A DNA stretch of 64,000 nt from contig JADJUS010000022.1 of NCBI GenBank assembly GCA_016716905.1, positions 140,053 to 204,052 on the forward strand. Reading direction: 5' to 3'. This DNA comes from Acidobacteriota bacterium. GTDB lineage: Bacteria; Acidobacteriota; Vicinamibacteria; Vicinamibacterales; SCN-69-37. A model generated the notes under the pieces. That model was given only the letters and a program-made list of their open reading frames with translations. It was not told where the DNA came from and did no database searches. The position numbers and the translations under genes are program-made. Of the stretch, positions 1 to 10,028 are shown one piece after another (within the stretch, counting starts at the first letter, position 1; every line of letters begins with the position of its first letter).

Positions 1-16
1 CGGAAGGGCTCCGCCA

Positions 17-868
17 TTACTGGTGGCTCCGCTGCCTGACAAAACGCCCCATCGCGTCCTGCCAGGTGGGCATCGTGACCCCGGCACGATGCAGCTTGGC
101 ATTTGAGAGCGCGGCAAAGAGCGGACGCGGCGCAGACCACGTCATCTCGGCTGCGCACCCGGCCTGCAGGCTCATCTCGGGAAATCCGCCCAGGCGCCGC
201 AGATGGTCGGCCACGTCAAACCACGTGGCGTGGCCGGTATTCACGCAGTGATACAGACCCGCGGGCGCCTGGCGTTCGACGAGCGTACGCGTGGCGGCAA
301 TCACGTCTTCAACGAAACTGGGTGACACCACGCGGTCGCTGAACGCCACCGCCGGCCCGCCCGACGACATCTGCGACCAGAGCCGGTCGATCGAACTGCC
401 GGCCGTCCCGCCACCAAACAGGCTCTCGACCCTGAGCACGTAGTGGCGCGGGGCGTCGGTCGCCAACTGTTCTCCGAGGAACTTGGTCATGCCATACACA
501 CTGCGCGGATTCGGGGCATCGTCTTCGGTGTAGGGTCGATCGGCGTCTCCGTCAAAGACGAAGTCGGTGCCGTAGTGGACCAGTGTGGCGCCGTGTTCAG
601 CCGCCACGCGCGCGAGCGTGCGCACCGCAAAGGCGTTGGCCGCGAGTGGCGGCAGCGGCGCCGCCTGTGCGGCATCCACGCGGTTATCGGCCGCACAGTT
701 GAGGATGAGGTCAGGCGCAAATTGCGCCATGACGCGGCGGACCTGATCACACTCCGTGATGTCGAGATCGGCACGCGACAGTCCGGCTACGGTGTGGCCG
801 TCCGCCGTCCAGGCCTCCACCGTCGCGGCACCGAGTTGGCCGGCCGCACCAGTCACGAGCACGTTCAC
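17..868 (-). CDS. rmlD: dTDP-4-dehydrorhamnose reductase
   Basis: 283-aa ORF with Rossmann motif VLVTGAAGQLG and catalytic SVYGMTK (YxxxK). Length is typical of RmlD. Start overlaps the stop of the upstream aminotransferase by 4 nt. Confidence 0.85.
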   Translation of the reverse strand: MNVLVTGAAGQLGAATVEAWTADGHTVAGLSRADLDITECDQVRRVMAQFAPDLILNCAADNRVDAAQAAPLPPLAANAFAVRTLARVAAEHGATLVHYGTDFVFDGDADRPYTEDDAPNPRSVYGMTKFLGEQLATDAPRHYVLRVESLFGGGTAGSSIDRLWSQMSSGGPAVAFSDRVVSPSFVEDVIAATRTLVERQAPAGLYHCVNTGHATWFDVADHLRRLGGFPEMSLQAGCAAEMTWSAPRPLFAALSNAKLHRAGVTMPTWQDAMGRFVRQRSHQ

Positions 869-2019
869 GCCGACGCCGCCTCATAAAAACGCGCGAGGGT
901 GGCCACCACGTACTCCTGATGCGCTTCGGTGAGTTCGCCATAAATGGGCAACGCCAGCGACTCAGCCGCCGCGCGTTCACTGTGCGGAAAATCTCCGGCG
1001 GAGTGACCCAGATCGCGGAAACACTGCTGCAGATGAAACGGCACCGGGTAGTACACCTCGCACCCGATTCCGGCCGCCTGCAGGAAGTCTTTCGCGGCGT
1101 CTCGCTGCGGCAGGCGAACAATGAACTGATTGTAGATATGGAAGGCGCCGGCCTGCTCCACAGGCAGCACGACTTGCGACAGGCCATGGGAGGCAAACAA
1201 CGCGCGGTAGCGGTCGGCGTTGCGCCGGCGTGCGGCCGTCCAACCGGACAAGTACGGAGCTTTGACGCGCAAGACTGCAGCCTGCAGCTCATCGAGTCTG
1301 AAATTGCCGCCGACCTTGTCATGGTAGTAGCGACGTTCCGCGCCGTGGCCGCGCAGGAGACGAATCTCTGCGGCAAGCGCGGCATCCTGCGTGGTCACCA
1401 ACCCGCCGTCCCCAAACGCGCCGAGGTTCTTCGACGGAAAAAATGAAAAACAGCCGGCCGCGCCCATGGACCCGGCCTGACGCCCCTGCCAGGTAGCGCC
1501 GATGCTCTGACAGGCATCCTCAATGATCGGCACGCCGGCGCCGGCGGCGATGGACATCAGCGCGTCCATGTCCGCGCAATGGCCATAGAGATGCACCGGC
1601 ACGATCGCCCGCGTCTTCGAGGTCAGGGCGGCGGACACACCCGCAGGATCGATGTTGTACGTCACCGGGTCGATATCCACGAGCACTGGTCGCGCGCCAA
1701 GTCTGCTGATGCAACCGGCGGTGGCGAAAAACGAGTACGTCGAGGTCACCACTTCATCGCCGGGGCCCACACCCAGCGCCATCATCGCCACCAGAAGGGC
1801 GTCGGTCCCTGACGACACGCCGACCGAGTCGGTCACGCCCAGCATTCCGGCCAACTCGCGCTCGAGGGCCTGGGTTTCGGGACCCAGGATGAACCGCTGG
1901 CTGTCACAGACGCGGGTGACCGCCGCAAGAATCTGCTCGCGCAGGGGTTCGTACTGTGCCTTCAAATCGAGCAGCGGCACGGGTGAGTGAGACGGGGGTG
2001 TGGAGGTGGGAGTCGTCAT
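865..2019 (-). CDS. DegT/DnrJ/EryC1/StrS family PLP-dependent sugar aminotransferase
   Basis: 384-aa ORF with family hallmarks: [23 protein letters not shown] and [11 protein letters not shown] (PLP lysine). Confidence 0.88.
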   Translation of the reverse strand: MTTPTSTPPSHSPVPLLDLKAQYEPLREQILAAVTRVCDSQRFILGPETQALERELAGMLGVTDSVGVSSGTDALLVAMMALGVGPGDEVVTSTYSFFATAGCISRLGARPVLVDIDPVTYNIDPAGVSAALTSKTRAIVPVHLYGHCADMDALMSIAAGAGVPIIEDACQSIGATWQGRQAGSMGAAGCFSFFPSKNLGAFGDGGLVTTQDAALAAEIRLLRGHGAERRYYHDKVGGNFRLDELQAAVLRVKAPYLSGWTAARRRNADRYRALFASHGLSQVVLPVEQAGAFHIYNQFIVRLPQRDAAKDFLQAAGIGCEVYYPVPFHLQQCFRDLGHSAGDFPHSERAAAESLALPIYGELTEAHQEYVVATLARFYEAASA

Positions 2020-2076
2020 CGTAGCTGCTATCGTAGCGCGGAGATTACCGAGCGGCTGTGTTATCGTCCTGAACCG

Positions 2077-3042
2077 ATGGCATCACGGCGCGCGCTAATT
2101 ACGGGTATTACCGGCCAGGACGGTTCGTATCTGGCCGAACTGCTGCTCGCCGAAGGGTACGAGGTCTTCGGCCTCACCCGCCGCTTGTCGGCGGCGAACT
2201 ACTGGCGCATCGAGCACCTGCTCGATCGCATCACCCTCATCCCGGGTGATTTGCTCGATCAATTGTCGCTCATTCGCGCGCTCGAACGCGCCCAGCCGCA
2301 GGAGTTGTACAACCTTGCGGCCATGTCCTTCGTGCCGGCGTCGTGGGACCAGCCCATGCTCACTGGTGAATTCAACTCGCAAGGTGTCACGCGGGTGCTC
2401 GAAGCGGTGCGCGTCGTGGATCCGAAAATCCGGGTCTACCAGGCATCCTCCTCCGAGATGTACGGCAAAGTGCGCGAGATTCCCCAGACCGAACTGACGC
2501 CCTTTTACCCGAGAAGCCCGTACGGCGTCTCAAAGGTCTTTGCCCACTACATCACCGTGAACTACCGCGAAAGCTACGACCTGTTTGCGGTGTCCGGCAT
2601 CCTGTTCAACCACGAGTCGCCGCGGCGCGGGCTCGAGTTTGTCACGCGGAAGGTCACCGATGGCGTGGCCCGCATCAAAGCCGGCCTCACCGACCAACTC
2701 GGACTGGGCAACCTCGATGCACAGCGCGACTGGGGCTTTGCCGGCGACTACGTCCGCGCGATGTGGATGATGCTGCAGCAGGACGAGCCGGACGACTACG
2801 TCATCGCGACCGGCGAGAGTCACTCGGTCAGGCAACTCGTGGAGATTGCCTTCACACATGCCGGCCTCGACTGGCAGCAGCACGTCGTGCTCGACCCGGC
2901 ATTCATCCGCCCGGCCGAGGTGGACCATCTCATCGGCGATGCGTCAAAAGCCAAGGCCCAGTTGGGCTGGGCGCCCACGGTGGATTTTGCCGGGCTCGTC
3001 ACCATGATGGTGGACGCCGACCTGGCACGCTACGGCCGCTAG
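2077..3042 (+). CDS. gmd: GDP-mannose 4,6-dehydratase
   Basis: Start moved from 1987 to ATG 2077 ([24 protein letters not shown]). Motifs SSSEMYG, YGVSKVF (YxxxK) and FNHESPRRG. Confidence 0.92.
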   Translation: MASRRALITGITGQDGSYLAELLLAEGYEVFGLTRRLSAANYWRIEHLLDRITLIPGDLLDQLSLIRALERAQPQELYNLAAMSFVPASWDQPMLTGEFNSQGVTRVLEAVRVVDPKIRVYQASSSEMYGKVREIPQTELTPFYPRSPYGVSKVFAHYITVNYRESYDLFAVSGILFNHESPRRGLEFVTRKVTDGVARIKAGLTDQLGLGNLDAQRDWGFAGDYVRAMWMMLQQDEPDDYVIATGESHSVRQLVEIAFTHAGLDWQQHVVLDPAFIRPAEVDHLIGDASKAKAQLGWAPTVDFAGLVTMMVDADLARYGR

Positions 3043-3593
3043 CGTGTGACGATGGCGGGGGCGCCCCAGACCGCCAGATCGTTGTCGGGCGTGGCCGCAC
3101 CCGCGCCGGCGCGGGTATTAAAAATAATCTCGACCTTCTGACCCGCGTACGGCGACAAGTCGAGCAGGAGCGGATACCACTGCCGGTCAACCGGGTTCCC
3201 AGACGGGTTGACGACCAGGCTCACGAGTTCATCGTACTTGCCGTTCGCCGTGACGCCGACCATGAAGAGCACGCCGTCGCCCGGCTTGGTCCAGGCTTCT
3301 TCGCGCAGGCCCAGGCTGACATCGAGCCAGGCATGTGGCGGCACGTCTTCCTGCCAGATGATTCGAGAGGCCTCTGAAACGGCGATCGACTTCAGCGTCC
3401 GCCCGGCGATCGTGACGTCACCCAGGGTGAACGCGTCTGGGCGGGGCCGCGCCTGCGTGGCCAGCGGGAACCGATCGACCAGGTCGGCGAACATCTCTGG
3501 CGCGCCCAGCGAGCGGAACCACACCACGAGTACCAGAGCGCCGAGCAGCGCCCCGACCAGGAACCACTTCCACCGGCCGATCATCGTCCACAT
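3039..3593 (-). CDS. hypothetical membrane-anchored protein
   Basis: 184-aa ORF 2 nt downstream of rmlA. Single N-terminal TM helix ([19 protein letters not shown]). No motif I recognise. Confidence 0.5.
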   Translation of the reverse strand: MWTMIGRWKWFLVGALLGALVLVVWFRSLGAPEMFADLVDRFPLATQARPRPDAFTLGDVTIAGRTLKSIAVSEASRIIWQEDVPPHAWLDVSLGLREEAWTKPGDGVLFMVGVTANGKYDELVSLVVNPSGNPVDRQWYPLLLDLSPYAGQKVEIIFNTRAGAGAATPDNDLAVWGAPAIVTR

Positions 3594-3595
3594 GT

Positions 3596-4480
3596 TTACG
3601 CGCCTCCGAGGAGCGACGTCAGATATCGCCCGTATTCATTGTGGGGACCAAACGGCGCGGCGAGCCGCTCGAGTTGTGCGCCGTCGATCCAGCCCTGCCG
3701 AAACGCGACTTCTTCAGGACAGGCGATCTTCAGGCCCTGCCGGCGCTCGATGGTTTCAATGAACTGGCTCGCCTCGAGCAGCGACGTGTGCGTGCCGGTA
3801 TCAAGCCATGCGTAGCCACGGCCCATCACCTCGACCGCGAGTTCGCCGGCCTCGAGGTAGCGCCGGTTGAGGTCGGTAATCTCCAGTTCACCGCGCGCGG
3901 AGAGCTGCTGCGTGGCCACAAACTCCGGCGCCCGGTTGTCATAAAAATACAGGCCCGTCACGGCAAAGTGTGACTGTGGTCGCGCGGGCTTTTCTTCGAT
4001 GGACGTGGCGCGGCCCTGTGCGTCAAATGCCACCACACCGTACCGTTCCGGATCCTGCACATGGTAGGCAAACACCGTGGCACCGGCGGCGCGGTGATTG
4101 GCCGCCGCGAGCCGCTCCGGCAAGTCGTGACCGTAAAAGAGGTTGTCACCCAGGATGAGCACAGATGGTCCGCCCTGGAGAAAGTCGCGCCCGATGACAA
4201 ACGCCTGCGCCAGGCCGTTGGGTTCCGGCTGCACGGCGTACGACAGGGAGAGTCCCCAGTCGCGACCGTCGCCCAGCAGCGACTCAAAAATCGGTGTGTC
4301 CCGCGGTGTCGAAATGATCAGGATGTCGCGCACGCCTGCCAGCATCAATGTGCTGAGCGGGTAATACACCATCGGCTTGTCAAAGATGGGCAGCAACTGC
4401 TTTGACACTGCGCGCGTCGCGGGATAGAGGCGAGTGCCCGAGCCGCCGGCCAGAATGATGCCTTTACGAGATTCGGGCAT
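3596..4480 (-). CDS. rmlA: glucose-1-phosphate thymidylyltransferase
   Basis: [44 protein letters not shown] is near-canonical for RmlA. Length 294 aa. Confidence 0.93.
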   Translation of the reverse strand: MPESRKGIILAGGSGTRLYPATRAVSKQLLPIFDKPMVYYPLSTLMLAGVRDILIISTPRDTPIFESLLGDGRDWGLSLSYAVQPEPNGLAQAFVIGRDFLQGGPSVLILGDNLFYGHDLPERLAAANHRAAGATVFAYHVQDPERYGVVAFDAQGRATSIEEKPARPQSHFAVTGLYFYDNRAPEFVATQQLSARGELEITDLNRRYLEAGELAVEVMGRGYAWLDTGTHTSLLEASQFIETIERRQGLKIACPEEVAFRQGWIDGAQLERLAAPFGPHNEYGRYLTSLLGGA

Positions 4481-4488
4481 GGGGAATC

Positions 4489-4929
4489 TTACCTGACGCG
4501 TTCCTTGACGGCTGCCCGAGTCTCCCGGTCGGCGTCACGTTTTTTGACCGTCTCACGCTTGTCGGGCGCCTTCTTGCCTTTCGCCAGGGACACGGCCAGC
4601 TTGATCCGGCCGCCCTTGAGGTACATCCGCGTCGGCACCACCGTCAGGCCCTTCTCGGCCGTCTTGCCGATGAGCTTGCGCAACTCGTGTTTGTTGAGCA
4701 GGAGTTTTCGGGTGCGACCCGGATCGTGTGACGCGGAACCGCTGTGGCTGTACTGGCCGATGTGCAATTTGAAAAGAAACGCTTCGCCACCTTCAATGCG
4801 GACGTAGCTATCGCGAAGGTTGACCAGCCCCTCGCGAATGGCTTTGACCTCGGTGCCCACCAGCACCATCCCGGCCTCAAAGTGCTCGAGCAGGTGGTAG
4901 TCGAATGCCGCCTTGCGGTTCTCCGCCAT
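4489..4929 (-). CDS. smpB: SsrA-binding protein
   Basis: [32 protein letters not shown]...NLRDSYV...[11 protein letters not shown]-type motifs. Start set at ATG 4929 (a GTG lies one codon upstream). The ORF extension to 5082 has no homology-like sequence. Confidence 0.85.
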   Translation of the reverse strand: MAENRKAAFDYHLLEHFEAGMVLVGTEVKAIREGLVNLRDSYVRIEGGEAFLFKLHIGQYSHSGSASHDPGRTRKLLLNKHELRKLIGKTAEKGLTVVPTRMYLKGGRIKLAVSLAKGKKAPDKRETVKKRDADRETRAAVKERVR

Positions 4930-5053
4930 CACGACGGGGGCGTCGTCTTTTTTTCCGGCCGGCGCCGGTGGGCGCGCGTGTCCGGTCTGATACGACGTGG
5001 TCTTGCTCAGAACGCCACCATCCGCATTGATATTACAGCTTCGCTGGGAACGA

Positions 5054-6133
5054 TCAGCGCATTCCGACGATGTCGGCGACACGTTCGCCGATGGCCAGAC
5101 TTGCGGTCAGCCCTGGCGAATCGATGCCGGCGGCATGCGTCAGCCACGGGCGCCGGTGGTCGGTGCGGATGAGGAAGTCGGCAAATCGCTCGGTGGCCGG
5201 GTGCGCCTTCGCCCGGATTCCGCTGCCGCCAAGGCGCAGGTCGTCCATCGTGACGGCGGGCAGCAGGCGGCGGGTCGGCTCGAGAAACGATGCGAGCGGT
5301 TCGCGGTCGGCCTCGTAGTCGTCTTTGCGCGACTGGTACCGAATGGTCGGGCCGACCCAGACGGTGCCCTCCACGGTGCGCGTGAGATGAACGCCGAGCC
5401 CATGCCCCGAACCGTGCGGCACCGGATAAACGAGGCCGCTGATGAGTCGCGAGGCCTTCGGCGTCAGTTCCGCGTATTCGCCACGGCAGGGGTGAATCGT
5501 GAACGGCTCACCATCACAGACGCGCGAGACATCATCCGCGTGGAGACCAGCCGCGTTCACGACCGCATCAGCGTCGATGCGTTCGAGCGGTGTCACCACC
5601 TCAACACGGTCGCCGGCCGGTTCCACTGCCAGTACAGGAGACCCAGGAAGCACATGGCCGCCGTGCGCCTCCACCTGGCGCTGCAATGCCGACACAAAGG
5701 CGTGGGCATCAACCCAGCCGGTGTGCGGGGACCACAACGCCCGCGTGGCACGTACATGGGGCTCGCGCGCGTGCACGAACGCCGCGTCAACGAGGTCCAC
5801 CTCCACACCACAGGCCCGGGCATTGGTGGCGAGGGGCTCGAGGTCCGGTTCCTCGGACGCGTCGGTGGCCACCACCAACTTGCCCGACTCGTGATGCGGC
5901 ACCTGGTGTGCCTGGCAGAACTGCTTGAGGCGATCACGGCCCTCCACACACAGGGTGGCCTTGAGTGACCCCGGCGGGTAGTAGAGGCCGGCATGAATCA
6001 CGCCGCTGTTGTGCGTGGATGTGTCGAGCCCCGCGCGCCGGTGCCGTTCGAGCACCACCACGTCACGGCCCCTCTGCGCGAGCGACAGCGCACACGCCAG
6101 TCCGGTGACGCCCGCGCCGATGACGACGATCAT
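5054..6133 (-). CDS. FAD-dependent oxidoreductase (DAO family, L-2-hydroxyglutarate oxidase-like)
   Basis: N-terminal dinucleotide fold MIVVIGAGVTGLACALSLAQRG..VVVLE and THNSGVIHAGLYYPPGSLKA. 4-nt overlap with pdxA-like. Confidence 0.75.
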   Translation of the reverse strand: MIVVIGAGVTGLACALSLAQRGRDVVVLERHRRAGLDTSTHNSGVIHAGLYYPPGSLKATLCVEGRDRLKQFCQAHQVPHHESGKLVVATDASEEPDLEPLATNARACGVEVDLVDAAFVHAREPHVRATRALWSPHTGWVDAHAFVSALQRQVEAHGGHVLPGSPVLAVEPAGDRVEVVTPLERIDADAVVNAAGLHADDVSRVCDGEPFTIHPCRGEYAELTPKASRLISGLVYPVPHGSGHGLGVHLTRTVEGTVWVGPTIRYQSRKDDYEADREPLASFLEPTRRLLPAVTMDDLRLGGSGIRAKAHPATERFADFLIRTDHRRPWLTHAAGIDSPGLTASLAIGERVADIVGMR

Positions 6134-7008
6134 GCGGCGAGGCGGGCGGCCAGGAGAATGGCTTCCACCATGCTGCCGGCATCGGCGCGGCCCTGACGCG
6201 CGATATCAAACGCGGTGCCGTGATCGACCGACGTCCGGATGATCGGCAGCCCCAACGTGACGTTGACCGCGTGGCCAAAGGCGAGCAGCTTGATCGGAAT
6301 GAGCCCCTGGTCGTGGTAACACGCCACCACAACGTCGAAGTCGCCCCGCGTGGCGCGCACAAACACGGTGTCGCCGGGAAACGGGCCCGTCACGTCGATA
6401 CCCTCCGCGCGCGCGGCGTCGAGGGCAGGAGCGATGGTCTCAATCTCTTCCAGGCCGAGCAAGCCGTCTTCGCCGGCGTGGGGATTGAGCCCCGCCACGG
6501 CGATTCGCGGCGAGACAAAACCGAAACGCGGCATGGCGGCAGCCGTCACGCGAAGCGTCTGCAGCAGCCCTGCGGTGGTGAGCGCGAATGGCACCTGCGC
6601 CAGGGGAATGTGCACGGTGGCCAGCACCACCCGGAGTGGCTGCGACCAGAACATCATGGTGGCCCCATCAACGCCACACAGGTGTGCCAGGAGATCCGTG
6701 TGCCCGCGCCACGGCAGCCCGGCAGCCGCGAACGCGGCCTTGTTGATGGGTGCGGTGGCAATCGCCTGAACGCGACCGGCGAGAGCATCTTCCACTGCGC
6801 GGACAATCTCCGCGTATGCGCGCCGGCCGGCGTCCGCGTGCACCTTCCCTGCCGGGTAGATGGCGAGGTCCTCGGGCCGGTGCGGCCCGTAGAGCACGGG
6901 GCGGCATACCGCGAGCACGCGCGGGTCGCGCACCGCCGCCTCGGCAATTTCCGGTCCGATGCCGGCAGGGTCGCCAACGGTGACGGCGATGGCGGGGAGC
7001 GGGGTCAC
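6130..7008 (-). CDS. pdxA: 4-hydroxythreonine-4-phosphate dehydrogenase family protein (PdxA/PdxA2)
   Basis: AVTVGDPAGIGPEI, GHTDLLA, NPHAGE, CYHDQGLIPIK and IRTSVDHGTAFDIA motifs. Confidence 0.85.
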   Translation of the reverse strand: MTPLPAIAVTVGDPAGIGPEIAEAAVRDPRVLAVCRPVLYGPHRPEDLAIYPAGKVHADAGRRAYAEIVRAVEDALAGRVQAIATAPINKAAFAAAGLPWRGHTDLLAHLCGVDGATMMFWSQPLRVVLATVHIPLAQVPFALTTAGLLQTLRVTAAAMPRFGFVSPRIAVAGLNPHAGEDGLLGLEEIETIAPALDAARAEGIDVTGPFPGDTVFVRATRGDFDVVVACYHDQGLIPIKLLAFGHAVNVTLGLPIIRTSVDHGTAFDIARQGRADAGSMVEAILLAARLAA

Positions 7009-8342
7009 TGCTTCGGAACCGGTGCCCCGAGTTTGAAGACGTGGGGGTGGTCGGTCTTGATGGCGTGACGAGTGTCCACCACGAGGCGGGCGTACTTCAC
7101 CACGTCCTTGAAGTCGAACTGCCGGTGGTCAGTCAGCACCACCACGCAGTCTGCCGCAGCCATCGCCGCCGGCGTCAGGGGCACCGACGACATGTCCACC
7201 GCGCCGGGCCAGTGCAGACCATCGATGAACGGCGCAAAGGGATCGTGATAGGTCACGCGCGCGCCTTTTTTCATCAGCAGGGCGATCACGTCGAGCGCGG
7301 GCGATTCGCGCACGTCATCGATGTCGCGTTTGTACGCCACACCCATCACCAGAATCTCGGCCCCGTTGACCGCCTTGCAGTGGGCATTCAGCGCATCGGT
7401 GATCTTGTCCACCACGTGGTGCGGCATGGCGCCATTCACCTGGCCGGCCAGTTCGATGAACCGGGCTTCGAAGCCGACCTCCTTGACCTTCCATGACAGG
7501 TAGAAGGGGTCAATCGGAATGCAGTGCCCTCCCAGGCCGGGCCCCGGGTAAAACGGCATGAACCCGAACGGCTTCGTGGCGGCCGCATCGACGACTTCCC
7601 AGACGCTGATGCCCAGACGATCACACATCATCGCCAGTTCATTCACCATCCCGATGTTCACCGCGCGGAAGGTGTTTTCGAGCAACTTCACCATCTCGGC
7701 CACTTTTGGCGAACTCACTTCGACCACGCGATCGATCGACGAGCGATACAGCGCGCCGGCGAGCCGCGCGCAATCGGGCGTCAACCCGCCCACCACCTTG
7801 GGCACGTTCTTGGTGGTCCATTTTTCATTGCCGGGGTCCACGCGTTCGGGAGAAAACGCCAGAAAGAAATCGACGCCCGCCTTGAGCCCGCCGCGCTCGA
7901 GAATGGGCTGCACCACTTCTTCGGTGGTGCCGGGATACGTGGTGGACTCGAGAATCACGAGCATGCCCGGGTGGAGATGGCCGGCAATCGCCTCAACAGC
8001 CGACACCACAAACGAGAGGTCCGGGTCCTTGGTCTTGCGGAGCGGCGTGGGCACGCAGATGTTGATCGTGTCGAAGTCCCGCACGGCTCCAGGGTCCGTG
8101 GTGGCGGCCAATTTGCCCGCCGTGACCAGCGCGGCCACCGCCTCGGTGGGCACATCCTGGATGTAGGACTCGCGGCGATTGATCTGATCGACCTTTCGCG
8201 CATCCAGGTCAATCCCTGTCACCGAAAAACCCGCCTGCCCGAATTCCACGGCCAGGGGCAGCCCGACGTAACCCAGGCCGACTACGCCAACTTTGGCGGT
8301 GCGATTGGCGATTCGTTCGAGCAGCGTGTCGGCGTGGGACAT
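7005..8342 (-). CDS. nucleotide-sugar dehydrogenase (UDP-N-acetyl-D-glucosamine/mannosamine 6-dehydrogenase family)
   Basis: Start set to ATG 8342 (MSHADTLLERI..KVGVVGLGYVGLPLAVEF). Also VPTP, FSPERVDPGN and GLGGHCIPIDP (catalytic Cys). The ORF extension to 8579 is repeat-encoded and was rejected. Confidence 0.85.
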   Translation of the reverse strand: MSHADTLLERIANRTAKVGVVGLGYVGLPLAVEFGQAGFSVTGIDLDARKVDQINRRESYIQDVPTEAVAALVTAGKLAATTDPGAVRDFDTINICVPTPLRKTKDPDLSFVVSAVEAIAGHLHPGMLVILESTTYPGTTEEVVQPILERGGLKAGVDFFLAFSPERVDPGNEKWTTKNVPKVVGGLTPDCARLAGALYRSSIDRVVEVSSPKVAEMVKLLENTFRAVNIGMVNELAMMCDRLGISVWEVVDAAATKPFGFMPFYPGPGLGGHCIPIDPFYLSWKVKEVGFEARFIELAGQVNGAMPHHVVDKITDALNAHCKAVNGAEILVMGVAYKRDIDDVRESPALDVIALLMKKGARVTYHDPFAPFIDGLHWPGAVDMSSVPLTPAAMAAADCVVVLTDHRQFDFKDVVKYARLVVDTRHAIKTDHPHVFKLGAPVPKQ

Positions 8343-8736
8343 GGCAGGGTGATTATAAGAGATTGAGGGTTGAGGGTTGAGGATTGAGCGATTGAGGATT
8401 GGGATTGCACGCGCTTGGAAATTGAGGATTGAGGATTTGGCGATTGAAATTGCCTCATGGTGCGATGGGCGGATCGCGAGATTGCGGGATGGGGCGATTG
8501 CCGGATTTGGGATTGGATTGCGGGATTGGGATTGGATTGCGGGATTGTCGGATTGGATTGCCTGGATTGAATTGCCCATCGCACCATCAGCGATCCCACC
8601 ATCCCACCATCAGACCATCCGACAATTCCCATCCTCAATCCCAAATCAGCAATCGAGCCATCCCGATCCTCAATCGCTCAATCCTCAATCCTCAATTGCA
8701 TGGCGGATCGCTGAGCTCTCTATTGCGGGTGTCCGC
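8343..8736. repeat. 394-bp intergenic low-complexity region of GATTGAGG-type units that switches to the complementary CCTCAATC type
   Basis: By hand count, about 18 copies of the core GATTG lie in 8361-8569 and about 5 copies of CAATC in 8630-8695. There is a 14/15 inverted match between 8456-8470 and 8574-8588. Confidence 0.9.
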
Positions 8737-9735
8737 CTAGATGCCCACGGCGACCCAGTCGGCGACGATCTTCGGGCTCGCATTGCGGTCCAGCGCGGCC
8801 TGGCCTCGCGCGACCACGCCGAACGCAGCGATCACGCGGTCTGGCGGATAGGCGCGAACGAGGGCGCGCAGGTCGGCTTCACGTCCTGAGTTGGAGAGCA
8901 TCGCCGTGCCGGCCGTCGCGGTGGCGAGGGCGCCTATATCGCGCAGCAGCGATGACACGAGTGCCAGCCGGATGCCCAGCGATTCGCGCGCCCGCCGATG
9001 TTTGGGTGACTTGGCCAGTTCGGCGGCCGCCTTCAGTTTTGCCTCCAGCGACGGGGCCACGGACTTCCGGACCAGATCCATTGCCAGTGCCTGATCGCCT
9101 TCGAGCTCGGCGCCGTCGAGCGCGAGGGCCCGCGACACACTGCCGCCGGCCAACGCGGCGCACGTCTGCGCGGAGGCCGCGTCAATGCCGTGGCGGCTCT
9201 GCAGCACCTGCGCCACCTCGTGGTCCGCGAGGACACCAAAACGCACCCGCCGGCAGCGCGACAACACCGTGGGGCGCAACGCGTCCGGGTACGCGGAAAT
9301 GAGGATCAGAATGGCGGCCGGAGGGGGTTCTTCCAGTGTCTTGAGCAGGGCATCCTGTGCCTGCACGCTAAGGGCGTCGGCGGGGTCGATGATGAACACC
9401 CGTCGCTGGCCTTCGAACGGCCGATACCCAACCAGATCGATCACGCGATCGCGAATGGACTTGATCGAGATGGAGGCAATGTCGCCGTTGTCCACCTCAA
9501 CGACATCAGAAAACTGGCCTTTGTTGATTCGGACGCACACGCTGCATGTGCCGCAGGCCACGCCCTCGCGCGCGGCCGGGCAATTCAGGGTTTGCGCGAG
9601 GGCCCGCGCCACGGTGTGTTTGCCCACGCCCTCCGGCCCGGCAAACAACAGCGTCTGCGGGACCCGGCCGTGGCCCACCGCCTGCCGGAGCAGCGCCTGC
9701 ACGCGCGCGTGACCGACGGGTGGTGGAATGGTCAT
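8737..9735 (-). CDS. holB: DNA polymerase III subunit delta prime
   Basis: LLFAGPEGVGKHT Walker A, Zn module CPAAREGVACGTCSVC, and clamp-loader-like FIIDPADAL / TLEEPP motifs. Confidence 0.85.
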   Translation of the reverse strand: MTIPPPVGHARVQALLRQAVGHGRVPQTLLFAGPEGVGKHTVARALAQTLNCPAAREGVACGTCSVCVRINKGQFSDVVEVDNGDIASISIKSIRDRVIDLVGYRPFEGQRRVFIIDPADALSVQAQDALLKTLEEPPPAAILILISAYPDALRPTVLSRCRRVRFGVLADHEVAQVLQSRHGIDAASAQTCAALAGGSVSRALALDGAELEGDQALAMDLVRKSVAPSLEAKLKAAAELAKSPKHRRARESLGIRLALVSSLLRDIGALATATAGTAMLSNSGREADLRALVRAYPPDRVIAAFGVVARGQAALDRNASPKIVADWVAVGI

Positions 9736-9747
9736 GACGAAAGGAAG

Positions 9748-9824
9748 TGGCGGGGCCGACGAGACTCGAACTCGCGACCTCTGGCGTGACAGGCCAGCGT
9801 TCTAACCAACTGAACTACGACCCC
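9748..9824 (-). tRNA. tRNA-Asp (GTC)
   Basis: Hand-folded cloverleaf: acceptor GGGGTCG/CGGCCCC, D arm GTTC/GAAC, anticodon stem CTGGC/GCCAG with loop CTGTCAC, T arm GCGAG-TTCGAGT-CTCGT. CCA is encoded. Confidence 0.9.
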
Positions 9825-9832
9825 GCAAAAAA

Positions 9833-9904
9833 TGGGCGATACAGGATTCGAACCTGTGACAGCCGGCGTGTAAGGCCAGTGCTCTACCGCTGAGCTAACC
9901 GCCC
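9833..9904 (-). tRNA. tRNA-Val (TAC)
   Basis: Hand-folded cloverleaf: acceptor GGGCGGT/ATCGCCC, D arm GCTC/GAGC, anticodon loop CTTACAC, T arm ACAGG-TTCGAAT-CCTGT. CCA is not encoded. Confidence 0.88.
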
Positions 9905-9950
9905 GTGCCGACAACCGGACGATTATCCCACCGACGCGGGCCCGATGACA

Positions 9951-9971
9951 AGTCCAGAGTCCAAAGTCCAG
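9951..9971. repeat. heptamer micro-repeat (AGTCCAG)x3; two further units at 10006-10019
   Basis: agtccag agtccaa agtccag read directly. Same family as the arrays at 11091, 28021, 30331, 42472 and 45302. Confidence 0.85.
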
Positions 9972-10028
9972 GGCCTGCCCGCCGTAGCGCAGCGCGCGGA
10001 GGCGGGTCCAGAGTCCGCTCGGGCCATC

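Noticed and set aside
1987-2076. Upstream extension of gmd
   Set aside because: The 30 extra codons overlap the divergent aminotransferase start region and have no homology. The canonical N-terminus begins at ATG 2077.
4930-5053. tmRNA (ssrA) next to smpB
   Set aside because: The gap is only 124 bp. It has no tRNA-Ala-like acceptor/T-arm and no tag reading frame.
8343-8579. 79-codon N-terminal extension of the sugar dehydrogenase (MGNSIQAIQSDNPAIQSQ...), and ORFs 8282-8644, 8377-8889 and 8429-8740
   Set aside because: They are encoded entirely by the GATTGAGG/CCTCAATC repeat block, which is open in several frames on both strands. The Rossmann fold starts shortly after ATG 8342.
8343-8736. 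Possible CRISPR array (also considered for the heptamer and octamer arrays)
   Set aside because: The units are 7-8 bp, contiguous, and have no unique spacers. No cas genes are in the window.
9732-9914. 60-aa ORF
   Set aside because: It lies directly over the tRNA-Asp and tRNA-Val genes.
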